DNA of 64,000 nucleotides from Chrysomallon squamiferum (GCA_012295275.1 CM022667.1:1426001-1490000), one strand, 5' to 3'; positions 43,552-54,557 are shown, numbered from the stretch's first letter. The notes: generated by a model not told the origin, from the sequence alone. Program-made: numbers and translations.

Positions 43552-44544
43552 GCTACTAATGCCATTATCTTCATTGTTGTGTTATTGGTATTATTGTTGT
43601 CATCATTATTATTATGATTATAACATCATTGTTATTAATTAATTAAATACAAATTTGTTGTTTTTTTTTGTTTTTTTGTCATAGATGAATTTCAAAATAA
43701 ATATGATTTAATTGTTATTTTTTGTTTTGATTTTTTTACAAAGTACATTATTAGATTACTTTCAAATTATTCTGGGATGTACTGTGTTGTCAAGAACATG
43801 TGACCATCACTTGTGTGTCATGACATGACCTTGACATTGCTGTTGAACTAACTTTTTAAAAATGTCTTCTTCCTTTAAATCTTTAATTATATGTGTGTGC
43901 ATTTGGATGTGTATATATATTTATATATATATATTTTCTTTCATAATTACATACATATATAAACAAACAAAAACATTTACTGAACATTTTTTGTTTTTGT
44001 ATTAATCATTCTTTTTTTAGGTCCATTAACCAACATAAGCACAAAACACTGAAAGATAATCATAAAATTTATTGAGACATTCTGCTATCTTAAATTTAAA
44101 AAAAAAAACATTTTAATTTAAATTTCAGTTTGCTGAGCAACGAACGACTGCTGCAGGACGAGATTAATGCGCAACTGGAACAAAAACTGCAGCACCTGGG
44201 AGTGGGCAAGTATGTGACAACAAGAACTGAACATTTCATAGTTAACCCTTTAGCACTGGGGCAACACACAATTTAACCCCTTAGTTTTGGTACTTAATAG
44301 TCCCACAGTTGTTTGAACGTAATATTAATATTTCATCATTGATTACCATTGTTTTGTCTTAGCAGTTTGTCTTTTATAAAAGCAAAACAAATAAGAGGAT
44401 ATTTATTTTAACTAATTTTGAACTTGTTCTGATATATAGTACCTTTTGTGATTCAAAGAAACACTCTAAATATGTTCTGTATACTTCCAAGTTATTGTTA
44501 TTATTGTCATTATTATTATATTTATTATTTTGTTATTATTATTA

Positions 44545-44591
<47 letters not shown>

Positions 44592-47500
44592 TATTATTGG
44601 TATTATTATTATTATTATTATTTTATTATTATTATTACTATTATTATTTTTATGCTGTTCAGTTTACCTCTATGAACTGTTTTAATTCTTATTTGCTATC
44701 CAATCTTTATTAATAATAAAATATGTAATAAAATATACATAATTCACCACAGTATACTCCATTTACAGCAAAACTCACTTTTATTCTACCCACACTGAAA
44801 AATGATCCCTCTTGTCTGCAAGTGACAGAAAGAATTAATTTTATATAACTAAACTATCTGATGATGTGAAAAATCATCTCTCTTGTTTGTACAAAAATAG
44901 TCTGAGGCTATAATAATTATCTGTAACCAGAAACTGTGCCTCGAATAATAGCTGGTTTTAAAATCTGATATACCAATCTCTCATTTCATTTACATTATCA
45001 GTATTACTTAATGAAACTTTCGCTGATTTACTGATGTCATCTGATATACACAATCACAGACTAAGTAGGGTTTTAATTTGGATGTATGGTTAGGTACATG
45101 ATCCTGAAATATTAAAATATTTACATGAATTTTCACTTAGATTGGAGCCATTTTAATGAAAGTTTCTGACTGTGTTTGAATATTAAAGGTTTTAGATTAA
45201 GAAAATCAGAGTTTAAAGAATTATATATGTGATTAAAAAAATAAAAAATTAAAATTTGAAAAATCCTTAAAAATATTGGCTAACTTTATTTTATTATTAT
45301 TATTTTTTTAAATTATCTAAATAACGAAAATAAAGGTAATAAGATCCAAAAACAGCTCAGTTTTTTTATTGCATTTTTATTTCAAATATTGTTTTTTTTA
45401 TCACCAAAATTTCACCTTACTTTGGGTGTTGCTATGGAAACTCTTAATTAGTTGTGTTATGAATACTTGACTTAGCAGTGCTGGAGACAGTTGCTGAATC
45501 AACCGAACTGGTATTTAGTTTAAGATGTTTCAAACTTGACTGTACTTCAGGCATTGCCTTGACAACTCAATTTGAACTGTTATTTCAGGTGTTGCCATGA
45601 CAACTCCGAGATGACGAGAGTGCTGCTCCAGTTTAAGCAGCGGGAGAGAGAGAAGAGTTATCTGAGAGAGAAAGACAAAGTGTTCAACTTCCAGCTCGTC
45701 TGTGCTGGCTTCATCTTCATCTGCATCATCATCGTACAAACCATCATGTTGCCGCGGTAATGCTCGCTTTATAGCTTTTAAGGGAAAAAAAACAAAAAAT
45801 AAAATCTCAAGCTGTTTATATTAAAATGTTAATAATATTTACTCACGAAGTTATATAAGAATATTTAAAATCGGTCATTAAAATTAATTAAACAATCTAA
45901 CTGCAGTACAAAGTGATCAGCAACTAATACCCATTATTAATAAGATGGTTTCTTAGTTCAGTATCATCTATACCATAATCCTGGGATTGGAGTAATATGC
46001 TGTTATGTAATAGTTTAACTGGATCAGGATAATTTACACTATGTCTACTCATCTTCTGTATTTTGACAAGCAGTCCTGCATAACTATAAATTGGAAGTGA
46101 AGGGAGGGTATTAAATGATTTTGTTCATTTTCAATGTGTGTATCTTTGTAAAAAAAAAAAAACAGTTATTTTATATGAGGTTTTCTTTTCAGTATTTTGG
46201 TTGTTAGAAATAATTAATTTTGGTTTGATTTATTTTTACTGGGGAAATTATTTATTTTGTGATATTAATAAAATTGCTTCTTCTTCTTATTATTATTATA
46301 ATTATTACTGTTTTTATCATCATCATCATCATCATCATTATAATTATTGTTAAAGTAGTTTTATTACCTATTTGTTATTATTCAGGAAAGACAACTCCAT
46401 TTGCCGTTTCTTTCTTTTCAGAGTAACTTCCCTGTTTGTCACAGGAGCCATTGGTTTCATTGTGTTTGTAATATTATCTCTCATAGGATTTTCAGAATCT
46501 TTCTTGTCATGTGACTTTTATAGACGGGTGAGGAAGCCATTTTGTTTTCTAAAAGTACAAAGACAGAGGCATTCACAGCCATATTAGTATTGCTTGTGAC
46601 TGAGAGAGAATTATTATTTTGTTTGTTTAGTTTTAATTTTTTTTTTTTTTTTTAAATAAAGAATAGTAGTTATAGAAAGAAAGTTTAAATTGTGATAAAA
46701 ACATATACATATGCACACATACACATAAAAACATGCACACACTCACAAATGAAAACATACATACAAACAAATAAAAAAAATTCACTTAGACATTTTAATT
46801 CATCCTCTGATTAAATATACTATTTTTCGCAAAGAAATAGATGACTATGGAAATTAATTAAATCTACTGTTTTTATTCTTTTTCAGGTTCACTGTGATAA
46901 ACTGGTGACTATTCTAATTAGACTAAATCAACACATCACAGTAAAACTGAGCACTAGACTGGTTCTTGCTCTCTGTTGTATGGGACTGGTTCTCTTTGTA
47001 GCCAGTATCAGCATTGTATTTATCCATTTATAGTAAATTCAAGACTGAATGAATGAATCAGTTAATCAAAGAATGAAGGACTGAAGCAATGAATGAATCA
47101 TTGAATCAGAAATGGAATGTTTGAATCAATGAATGATTGAACAAAACAATGAATTATTGAATAAATAAATGAATCATTGCATTAAACAGTTAATTAAATC
47201 AAGAATTTAATGATTGAGTAAAGAATGAGTTTTTGAATTAATGAATAAATAATTGAATAAAAGAATGAAGGATGAAATGAAAGAATGAATGATTGCATAA
47301 AGAATGAAGAATTTTATAACATTGTTTTTAACCTTTTTCTTATTAAAATAATAAAAATCATTTGTAAGTAATTTAAAAAAAATGTATTTTGATTTTCAGG
47401 TAAATTGTGATGAATCTGTTTTGTCAACATCTTTTAATTCTTCTAATGCTACCAGTGATGTGAGCAGTCTATGCAAATATCCCAATGTAAGTAAATACCT

Positions 47501-48671
47501 CATTCTTTAATAATAATAATAATAATAATAGTAGTAGTAGTAGTAGTAGTGGTATTGGTAGTTGTAATAGCAGTAGTACCAGCAGTAGTAATATTAGTTA
47601 TGATAATAATAATAAAAGTAATAGTAGTAGCAGTAAAAATAATAATTAAATTATTTTGATAATATAGTAGTACTAGCAATAATAATAATAAAAAACTATA
47701 ATTATAATAATTACAGTAAGATTAATTGAATAAGTATACCAATGGTGAGTAGTAGTAGTAGCAGTACCAAGAATAAATTAAAAATAATAAAATAAAAATA
47801 AAATTAATATAATGATAATAATGAACAGTAGTAGTGGACTTTATATAATGGTTCCCTTAAACATCGTAGAACTGTAACAATGTTAACTATAACACCATTT
47901 AAATACAACACCAGTAGCACTACTACTAATAAAGTAAACAGCTTCCTTACACCTTTTTCTACTTTATTATCAGCAAAGGTTGATTTCTTAGAGTCAAACA
48001 ATCACATTTATTTAGATGTTTTATTCATACAGGCACAGATACATAATGAAAAATATATATGTTTTTATAAAAAATATTTTTTTATTTCTAATTTCATACA
48101 ATTATTATTAATATTATTATTATTATTATTATTAATTTTTTATAATTTCAGTATTATGTATTCTGTTTCCTGCTCAGTCTCACTTCCTGTACAGTGTTTG
48201 TTCAGCTGAGTTATCTCATCAAGCTTGTTGTCATGACGATAGCAGTAGTAGCATACAATGTACTTATCCATGTTGGACGACAGGATCTCTTCAACATGTA
48301 TGATCTTCAAATCCAGGAACAAATGTAATTTATATATCTTAATAAATCTTACATATATATATATATATAATAAAAAAGAGAATATATATATATATATATA
48401 TATAATAAAAAAAAGAATATATATATATATATATATTCTCTTTCTTATTTTTTTAAAGTTAAGAATATATTATGTTTAGTTTTCAATATAATCTTCAGAT
48501 GTTAAGTTCGGTTTTTCAAACTGGTTTTGTTTTATTGTCGACTTCTGTTATAAGATTGGTGAATATTTATTACAGTTTAATCCTAAAACTTAGATAATTT
48601 TATGAAAAAAGGATTTCATATGCCAGTTAGATATTGTTATTTCATCATCATCTTCATCATAATCATAATTA

Positions 48672-48735
<64 letters not shown>

Positions 48736-50191
48736 AATAAAGGTATTTTACTAATTTGTATGAAGAAAAAGAACAAAAATATAAAAATATACATATTTAT
48801 TATGGATGGGTTTAACATTTTCAGTTTGTAGGTCATATTAACAATTTATTTCATTGTGATCTTTTGGTATCTACAAGTCTTATGTACCTTTATATGTATT
48901 TTTATTGCAGGTCTGGGAATTATCTGAATTTACGAATGTGTGCTTCCATATATCTGATAACCATGTACATAACATTGCAAGCCCTTGACAGACAGGTCAG
49001 TGAGCGATCATTTGCATAAATATACAGAGTCAGCCATTTTGTTTTAGAAGACAACTGATGAATTGAAATGCAGACATTTTGAAATATTTTATCTGAAGTG
49101 AAATTATTTTGAATCATTAAAATAGCACTGTAATTTCTATTGCTGTCATTTCTAGGATTTTTCTCTGTATACAAATGATTATGCAGATTCAGGAATTTTG
49201 TTTTATAAATTAACAGGAGTCTGTAGGCAGACATTCTGAAGTCAGAAGTAGAATTATTTTAATGATTTAAAATAATAATGAAAATTTTGAAACTCTCATC
49301 TCTATTATTACATCTCTTCGTCTCCACTGATAATTTACATAATTATACAGAGTTAGCCATTTTGTTTTATAAGTTAACCAGAAATTGCAGGCAGCCATTT
49401 TGGAATGCTTTATTTCAGAAATTACTTTGAATCATTAAAATGACAATGCAAATTTTATTGCTGTCATTTCAAGTATCACAAAGTTCTGTAAATATTAATT
49501 TTCTTACAGTTCAGGTTGTTATTAATAAAAATCATAATTTCAGTAATAAATTTAACAAATTTAGAATCCAAACAGTGAATAAAAACCATTTTAGAATTCT
49601 GTTTACAAGTCATGTTACTTATACCAGTAATGACAGTAATTACAAATTTAACACATATTCAGTCCAAAGACAGGTAAAGCTAGAAACCATTTCAGAGTTT
49701 GGTTTTGTATCTTTAGCTTACTTTGAAATACATAAACAAAATTTCTCTTTCTTTGTAATGTAAACTGAATATTTCTGTTTCTTTTGTACCTTAGATAGAT
49801 TACATATTAACAGAAACAATATTTCTGGTTTGTTTGTGTTGCAGATTGAGTATACTAACAGAATGGACTATTTGTGGAAAGTGCAGAAGGATACAGATGA
49901 GATTAAGGTTACAGCAGCCATCAACAAGATAATTCTGGGAAATATTCTGCCAGTTCATGTAGCTGAATATTTTCTTAGATCGTCAAGAAAAAATGAGGTA
50001 ATTCATATATATTATTCTGTTTTAATTGTAAGTTGAAGAGAAAAGACAAAATCAGGTAATCTGTATTTACTAAACATTGAAGAAAAAGATATTAATATAC
50101 ATCACTTAATAGTAAATTTAATAGCTCAAGGAGTTATCATGTAGCTTGGTATTTTCACTTTTTTCAAGGCATTGTTTTGTATACATATATG

Positions 50192-50238
<47 letters not shown>

Positions 50239-50731
50239 AAAACAATGGCTTGAAAAAAAGTGAAACAAAATACACTAATACATACTAGTTTATATTTACA
50301 AAAACAAACTGAAGAAAAAAGACATTAATACATACATACTACACTAATTTTATTTAACAAAGAAGTACATGAAGGTTGGTATTTTCACTTTTTTCAACAC
50401 CATTTCATACATAAGGTATATATAAAAAAGTAAAAGTTAAATAAGAATAAGAGTAATCTTATTTTAATAATGTTCAATATAGACTGAGTAAATAATTGCA
50501 AAGTCTGTCAGGACTTTTTTAAACTTTGCTTAAAGAAGAGAAAAATGGATCCTGTTATTTTATTTCCCTACTTTATTATTAGCAACTGTTGGTTATGAAG
50601 ATTGATATATTTAACAATCTTACTGAAGTATGCAAAGTGCATTTAATTTTTTTTTTTTTTTACCTGCAACTTGTTGAAACAAAGAAACAATTGCTTAGAT
50701 GCAGATAAAATGTCATATTTGTGTTTATGTG

Positions 50732-50791
<60 letters not shown>

Positions 50792-53700
50792 CAATGTGAC
50801 CAATAATTTATTACTAACAATGTTAGTAGTTCAAAATAACAAACCAGTGTTATTAAAGCACATGAAATAGGAAATGTAAAAACTGTTTTAATATATACTA
50901 CTACATTTCATACATCCCAGTACAATTTATTTTCTTTATTTTCTAAACTCATTTCCAGGACCTGTATCATCAGTCGTACCTGGATGTCAGTGTCATGTTT
51001 GCCTCCATTCCAAATTTCAAAGATTTCTACCAGCAAAACACAGCCAATCAGAATGGACTAGAATGCATTAGATTGCTGAATGAAATTATTTCTGATTTTG
51101 ATGTTGTAAGTGTTAATTTTAGTCATACTAGTTACCCATAGTTAAGAAAATTAATGTGGAAAAAAAAATAAAAATAAAAAATAAAAATGTTGTATGTTTA
51201 TATGTTTTATTTTTTATTTTTTTAAAATACATACATATACATAACAAAGACCATAATATGATCAGTGTCAGTATTGTTATAGCATGATTTCAGAAAATTT
51301 TAATACATTTTTTTTTATTATAAATTTTAAATAGTGATTTATCTTATACAAATTATGATATTATTTTTAAATATAATGTATTATATTTTATATTATTTAT
51401 CATATCATTTACCATATCAGTCAGCCATTTTTGTTTTATCTAAGCAAAACATATTTGTTATTTTTTTTTGTGGTGGTTTATATTTATTTTTATAAATCAT
51501 TTAGTATTTAAAACTTTTTCCATTCTTTAACACTTATTGAAATTACTGTTTTATACCAAATATTTATTATTAATACTTGCATTCTTCTTACTATCTTTTC
51601 AGGTATTATTTTTTATGTTAATTTATGCTGTTACAATAATGACTGTTATTTTTCTACATTTCAGGATTATTTATTAATTTCTTTTACAAAAAGTATATTA
51701 GATCTATTTTTTTTCACATTTATTTATGCTAAAAAATTGTTATGTTTTTATCAGACATAGTTGATAAATTGTTATGAATTATGTTTCTGTTTTTGTGTTT
51801 TTCAGCTTCTGTCTTTTTCAAAGTTTGTCAGAGTTGAGAAGATTAAAACTATTGGCAGTACTTACATGGCTGCCACTGGGCTCCAGCCAGGAATGGAAAA
51901 CAGAAATGTGAGATTATAATATTTAAAAAAATATTTACATATATATATTGTCAAACAATATAAAAAAATATGAAACAAACAGAATTAAAAAAAAGAAAGA
52001 AAAAAGTAAAAATAAAACGAAAACAGAAATGTGAGATAAAAATAACAGATTATAATATTTAAAAAAATATTTATATATATATATATTGTCAAACAACATA
52101 AAAGAATATGAGACAAACAGAATTAAAAAAAAAAAAAAAAAATAAAAATAAAACACTGACGAAACAAATGAATTAGAAATATTTTTAAAGACCTTCAAGT
52201 GAAATGAGATATTTTTGTTTCTATATATTTAGTTCTCTGTTTATTTATTTATTTATTTATTCATTTATTCATTTATTTATTTATTTTTTTATTATTTCAT
52301 CATTTCAGTTATTTATTTATTTATTTATTCATTCATTCATTCATTCATTCATTTTTTTTTAATTATTTCATCATTTCTTTTATTTATTTGTTTGTTAGTT
52401 CATTCATTTGTTTATTGGTGTCTTCCTTTCTTTCTTTCTTCCTTCCTTCATTTGTTTATTTATTTATTACAGGAACCCGCAGACTGTGAATCAAATTTGG
52501 TCACCATGACAGATTTTGCCCTTGCCATGTTGTCAGCGCTGATCAAACTAAACACACATTCCTTCAACCAGTTCCAGCTTAGAGTAGGTCAGTGTATGAA
52601 TTAATCTGTACAGTTTTTAATCACATCTTAGAGCAATTTATCATTCCAGCAACTGCTCCATATCAGATTTAACAAAGGCTGTGGTAGGTAAATGTACTGT
52701 TTGTGGGTTGGTGCTTATTAAAAATCATTTACTGCTAAATTGAAAACAAATAACCCATGAAATGATGGCAGAATTGATTTTTCTCACATTTTCTAATGGT
52801 ATTTACTCTCCTGTTCATGGGATTGTGCATATAAATGATAATTTGCTGCTAAATTGAAAAGAGTATCCCATGAAGTGCTTGCAGCAGGGTTTTTTTAATT
52901 ATTTATTATTTTTTTTAATGGTATTAACAGTGGACTAATTGTTATTATCATTATCATTATTATAATGATGATGATGATGATTATTATTTCTTTTATTATT
53001 ATTATTATTATTATGATTATTATTATTAATATGATGATGATGATGACGATTATTATTTCTTTTATTATTATTTTTATTATTTTTATTATTATGATTATTA
53101 TTATTATTATGATGATGATGATGATTATTATGATGATGATGATGATGAAGTTGATGATTTATTTATTTATTTTTCAAAGGTATTAACAGTGGACCTGTGA
53201 CTGCTGGGGTTATAGGAGCGAGAAAGCCTCAGTATGACATCTGGGGTGACACAGTTAATGTCGCAAGTCGAATGGAGTCTTCAGGAGAAGCAATGAAAAT
53301 TCAGGTCATTTTAATATCAGTCTGTTTATTCTAAAACAATTATTTAGACACTGGCTTGAAATTCACGTTTTTGACTTCATATTCCATTACAATTTGTATT
53401 CTTAATGTTTAATATTACCATTAGTTCAGTTAATATTACTGATATTATAATTAGTTCAGTTAATATTACAGATATTATCATTAGTTCAGTTAATATTATT
53501 AGTTCAGTTAATATTACCATTAGTTCAGTTTTGTCTTAAAACTGTGCTATTATTGATATTAATATTGCTGTTACTGTTTGTACAGTAGTTACTTCTTCTA
53601 CAACTATACTATTATTAATGTTACAACCACTTGAGATGTTACTAGTAGTAATAACTAGAAATAGTAATAGTAGTGCTAGTGCTAGTAGTAGTAGTGGTAT

Positions 53701-54084
53701 TACAGATGATAGTATAGTATAAGTAATAGTGTAGTTATTACTACTACAACTGGAACTACTACTACTACTATCATGACTACAGTTAATATTATTATTACTT
53801 CAGTTCTGTTGCTACTTCAGTAACTAGCATTACAATAACCTTTACATAGATGAATATATTATTTTGAATGCCTTATTTTAAAATTAATTGCACAAATCAT
53901 TATATTTCCAGTAAAATCATAATCTTTTTCTCAGTTTCTGCAGCTGCGTGAAAAACTGGCACAGATTTTAATACTGAAAGGCTACTCCATCAAATACAGA
54001 GGGCTGACGAAAATCAAAGGGAAGCAACCCATGCATACTTACTTCGTAATGCCACATAACTCTACAGTTGATGTGCGTTTATAA
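27816..54084 (+). CDS. ADCY2: Membrane adenylyl cyclase, group II (ADCY2/4/7-like); whole-gene span of 23 coding exons, about 1103 aa once a single +1 frameshift in exon 3 is corrected
   Basis: Manually spliced exons have consistent phases and give the N-M1(6TM)-C1a-C1b-M2(6TM)-C2a layout. Motifs: [52 protein letters not shown] (ADCY2-type C1b), [38 protein letters not shown]. Subfamily assignment is from recalled similarity, not a search. Confidence 0.9.
28768..28911 (+). CDS. Adenylyl cyclase exon 2 ([15 protein letters not shown]... TM1)
   Basis: ttttcag acceptor; F-x-x-x-E-L-E-x-L-Y-x-x-Y motif that precedes TM1 in membrane ACs; ends at the non-canonical donor GCG|gcaagt. Confidence 0.85.
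29493..30000 (+). CDS. Adenylyl cyclase exon 3 (TM2-TM6 and first helical segment); contains a +1 frameshift at about 29684-29696
   Basis: tttatctag acceptor. [29 protein letters not shown]...[12 protein letters not shown] continues in the +1 frame as [19 protein letters not shown]...[14 protein letters not shown]...HRRAFLDAR...EREKKQQ. Donor CAG|gtaaga. Confidence 0.85.
30547..30683 (+). CDS. Adenylyl cyclase exon 4 (EELLASCIP...[13 protein letters not shown])
   Basis: ttgcag acceptor and AG|gtaaaa donor; corresponds to ERLLLSxLP...FHxLYVxRHxNVS of ACs. Confidence 0.88.
30880..31360 (+). mobile_element. Decayed copy of the same dispersed repeat with a tandemly repeated 3' tail
   Basis: tcctgtctgtgggtagg...tataaaag...ttgcta...gcaggttcc...aatatctgtatggtc; the tail ttgagtgtctt..aa is repeated about 5 times. 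Confidence 0.5.
33885..33996 (+). CDS. Adenylyl cyclase exon 5 (C1a: [37 protein letters not shown])
   Basis: First metal-binding Asp motif; canonical splice sites. Confidence 0.95.
34528..34655 (+). CDS. Adenylyl cyclase exon 6 ([21 protein letters not shown]...[10 protein letters not shown])
   Basis: Second metal-binding Asp (GDCY); cag acceptor and AG|gtttgt donor. Confidence 0.95.
34680..35200. repeat. (AAT)n tract with (TAG)n and (CAT)n
   Basis: Direct reading; source of the poly-Y/I ORF. Confidence 0.92.
36841..36999 (+). CDS. Adenylyl cyclase exon 7 ([19 protein letters not shown]...[24 protein letters not shown])
   Basis: Highly conserved C1a segment; tttccag acceptor and GG|gtcagt donor. 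Confidence 0.95.
37020..37218. repeat. Minisatellite, about 28-30-bp unit (TTTAATTTCGTTTATTTTAAATATGAAC)
   Basis: About 6 copies directly after the exon 7 donor. Confidence 0.88.
37501..37639 (+). CDS. Adenylyl cyclase exon 8 ([23 protein letters not shown]...[12 protein letters not shown])
   Basis: End of C1a; cctgcag acceptor and AGG|gtaaag donor. Confidence 0.95.
42457..42606 (+). CDS. Adenylyl cyclase exon 9 (C1b: ...[23 protein letters not shown]...)
   Basis: Resembles ADCY2 RASVRMTRYLESWGAAKPFAHL; tttcag acceptor and ACA|gtaagt donor. Confidence 0.9.
43439..43494 (+). CDS. Adenylyl cyclase exon 10 ([19 protein letters not shown])
   Basis: gttttag acceptor and GG|gtgagt donor; supplies the phase 0 to 2 bridge needed between exons 9 and 11. 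Confidence 0.72.
44129..44209 (+). CDS. Adenylyl cyclase exon 11 ([27 protein letters not shown])
   Basis: tttcag acceptor and AA|gtatgt donor; GC-richer open frame, phase 2-2; position of the C1b helix. Confidence 0.8.
45589..45756 (+). CDS. Adenylyl cyclase exon 12 (...[21 protein letters not shown]... TM7)
   Basis: F-x-x-x-x-x-E-x-x-Y motif before TM7; tttcag acceptor and CG|gtaatg donor. Confidence 0.88.
46422..46527 (+). CDS. Adenylyl cyclase exon 13 (TM8: [25 protein letters not shown]...)
   Basis: cttttcag acceptor (alternative in-frame acceptor giving a start at 46386); CGG|gtgagg donor; hydrophobic helix. Confidence 0.8.
46887..47015 (+). CDS. Adenylyl cyclase exon 14 (TM9: ...[22 protein letters not shown])
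   Basis: Strong acceptor ttttcag; weak donor ATT|gtattt inferred from phase. Confidence 0.75.
47400..47486 (+). CDS. Adenylyl cyclase exon 15 (extracellular loop [29 protein letters not shown])
   Basis: Cys...Cys-x-x-P loop with N-glycosylation sequons NSS and NAT, typical of the TM9-TM10 loop; AAT|gtaagt donor. Confidence 0.85.
48152..48324 (+). CDS. Adenylyl cyclase exon 16 (TM10-11: [28 protein letters not shown]...)
   Basis: Matches the AC pattern Y..SC..F..L....KL..M; phase 0 to 2. Confidence 0.85.
48911..48995 (+). CDS. Adenylyl cyclase exon 17 (TM12: ...[18 protein letters not shown])
   Basis: ttgcag acceptor and CAG|gtcagt donor; ends with the conserved RQ before the helical domain. 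Confidence 0.88.
49845..49997 (+). CDS. Adenylyl cyclase exon 18 ([12 protein letters not shown]...[15 protein letters not shown]...KNE)
   Basis: Second helical segment with the NILP-HVA motif; canonical sites. Confidence 0.93.
50959..51105 (+). CDS. Adenylyl cyclase exon 19 (DLYHQSY...[13 protein letters not shown]...[16 protein letters not shown])
   Basis: Start of C2a; tttccag acceptor and GTT|gtaagt donor. Confidence 0.95.
51806..51907 (+). CDS. Adenylyl cyclase exon 20 ([26 protein letters not shown]...)
   Basis: ATP-specifying Lys in the EKIKT motif; AAT|gtgaga donor. Confidence 0.95.
52473..52587 (+). CDS. Adenylyl cyclase exon 21 (...[28 protein letters not shown])
   Basis: Conserved N-x-HSFN-x-F-x-LRVG; ttacag acceptor and G|gtcagt donor. 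Confidence 0.93.
52641..52895 (+). mobile_element. Decayed copy (with internal duplication) of a dispersed SINE-like repeat family
   Basis: Shares ordered motifs (cattcca.c.a..gctcca / ctgt.tgtggg..ggt / tataaa...ttgctgctaa / gcagg.tt) with 5745-5970 and 30880-31360. Confidence 0.55.
53180..53304 (+). CDS. Adenylyl cyclase exon 22 ([35 protein letters not shown]...KIQ)
   Basis: Catalytic Asp, Asn and Arg of C2a; AAG-type acceptor; CAG|gtcatt donor. Confidence 0.95.
53405..53530. repeat. Short tandem repeat TTAGTTCAGTTAATATTAC
   Basis: 5 copies. Confidence 0.85.
53944..54084 (+). CDS. Adenylyl cyclase last coding exon ([14 protein letters not shown]...[17 protein letters not shown]...VDVRL*)
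   Basis: RG...KGK...TYF terminal motif; TAA at 54082-54084; a second in-frame acceptor 9 nt upstream (start 53935) is possible. Confidence 0.9.
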   Translation: MREKLAQILILKGYSIKYRGLTKIKGKQPMHTYFVMPHNSTVDVRL

Positions 54085-54410
54085 CAGTTATCTCGTTTTC
54101 ACAAACAAGAATCTAGGGACATCATCTTCTAAATTTTGCTTTTTTTTAATAATTTTCTTTCATTTTGTGTTTTTTGTTTGTTTACAATTCATACTGAAAG
54201 TTCTAAAATCATTACAATGGCAATTAACTCATTTTCAAAAATCCTGTATCTGCCTGTTTCAACTGCCTGTGTTTCATGAAAGTGTGGATTTTTTCCTCTG
54301 TGAAGCATGGATTATACATTTCGATCTGTTAACTGAAATGTGGTTATGTACAGAAGCTGAATGTGGATGATTTATAGTCAGTGAAGTATGGAAATATAAG
54401 TTGTGAGTTA

Positions 54411-54557
54411 AAAACAGATTTTGGTTTTCTCTGAAGGAAATAGGATGAGAATTTATTATTATTATGTTTATTATTATTTATTATAAACAGATTTTGGTTT
54501 TTTCTGAAGGAAATAGGATGAGAATTTATTATTATTATGTTTATTATTATTTATTAT
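54411..54557. repeat. About 74-bp tandem duplication in the adenylyl cyclase 3' UTR region
   Basis: aaacagattttggtttt.tctgaaggaaataggatgagaatttattattattatgtttattattatttatta occurs twice. Confidence 0.9.

Noticed and set aside
27816-54084. Calling the cyclase a pseudogene
   Set aside because: There is only one lesion, in a homopolymer; all other exons, splice sites and catalytic residues (two C1 Asp; C2 Lys, Asp, Asn, Arg) are intact.
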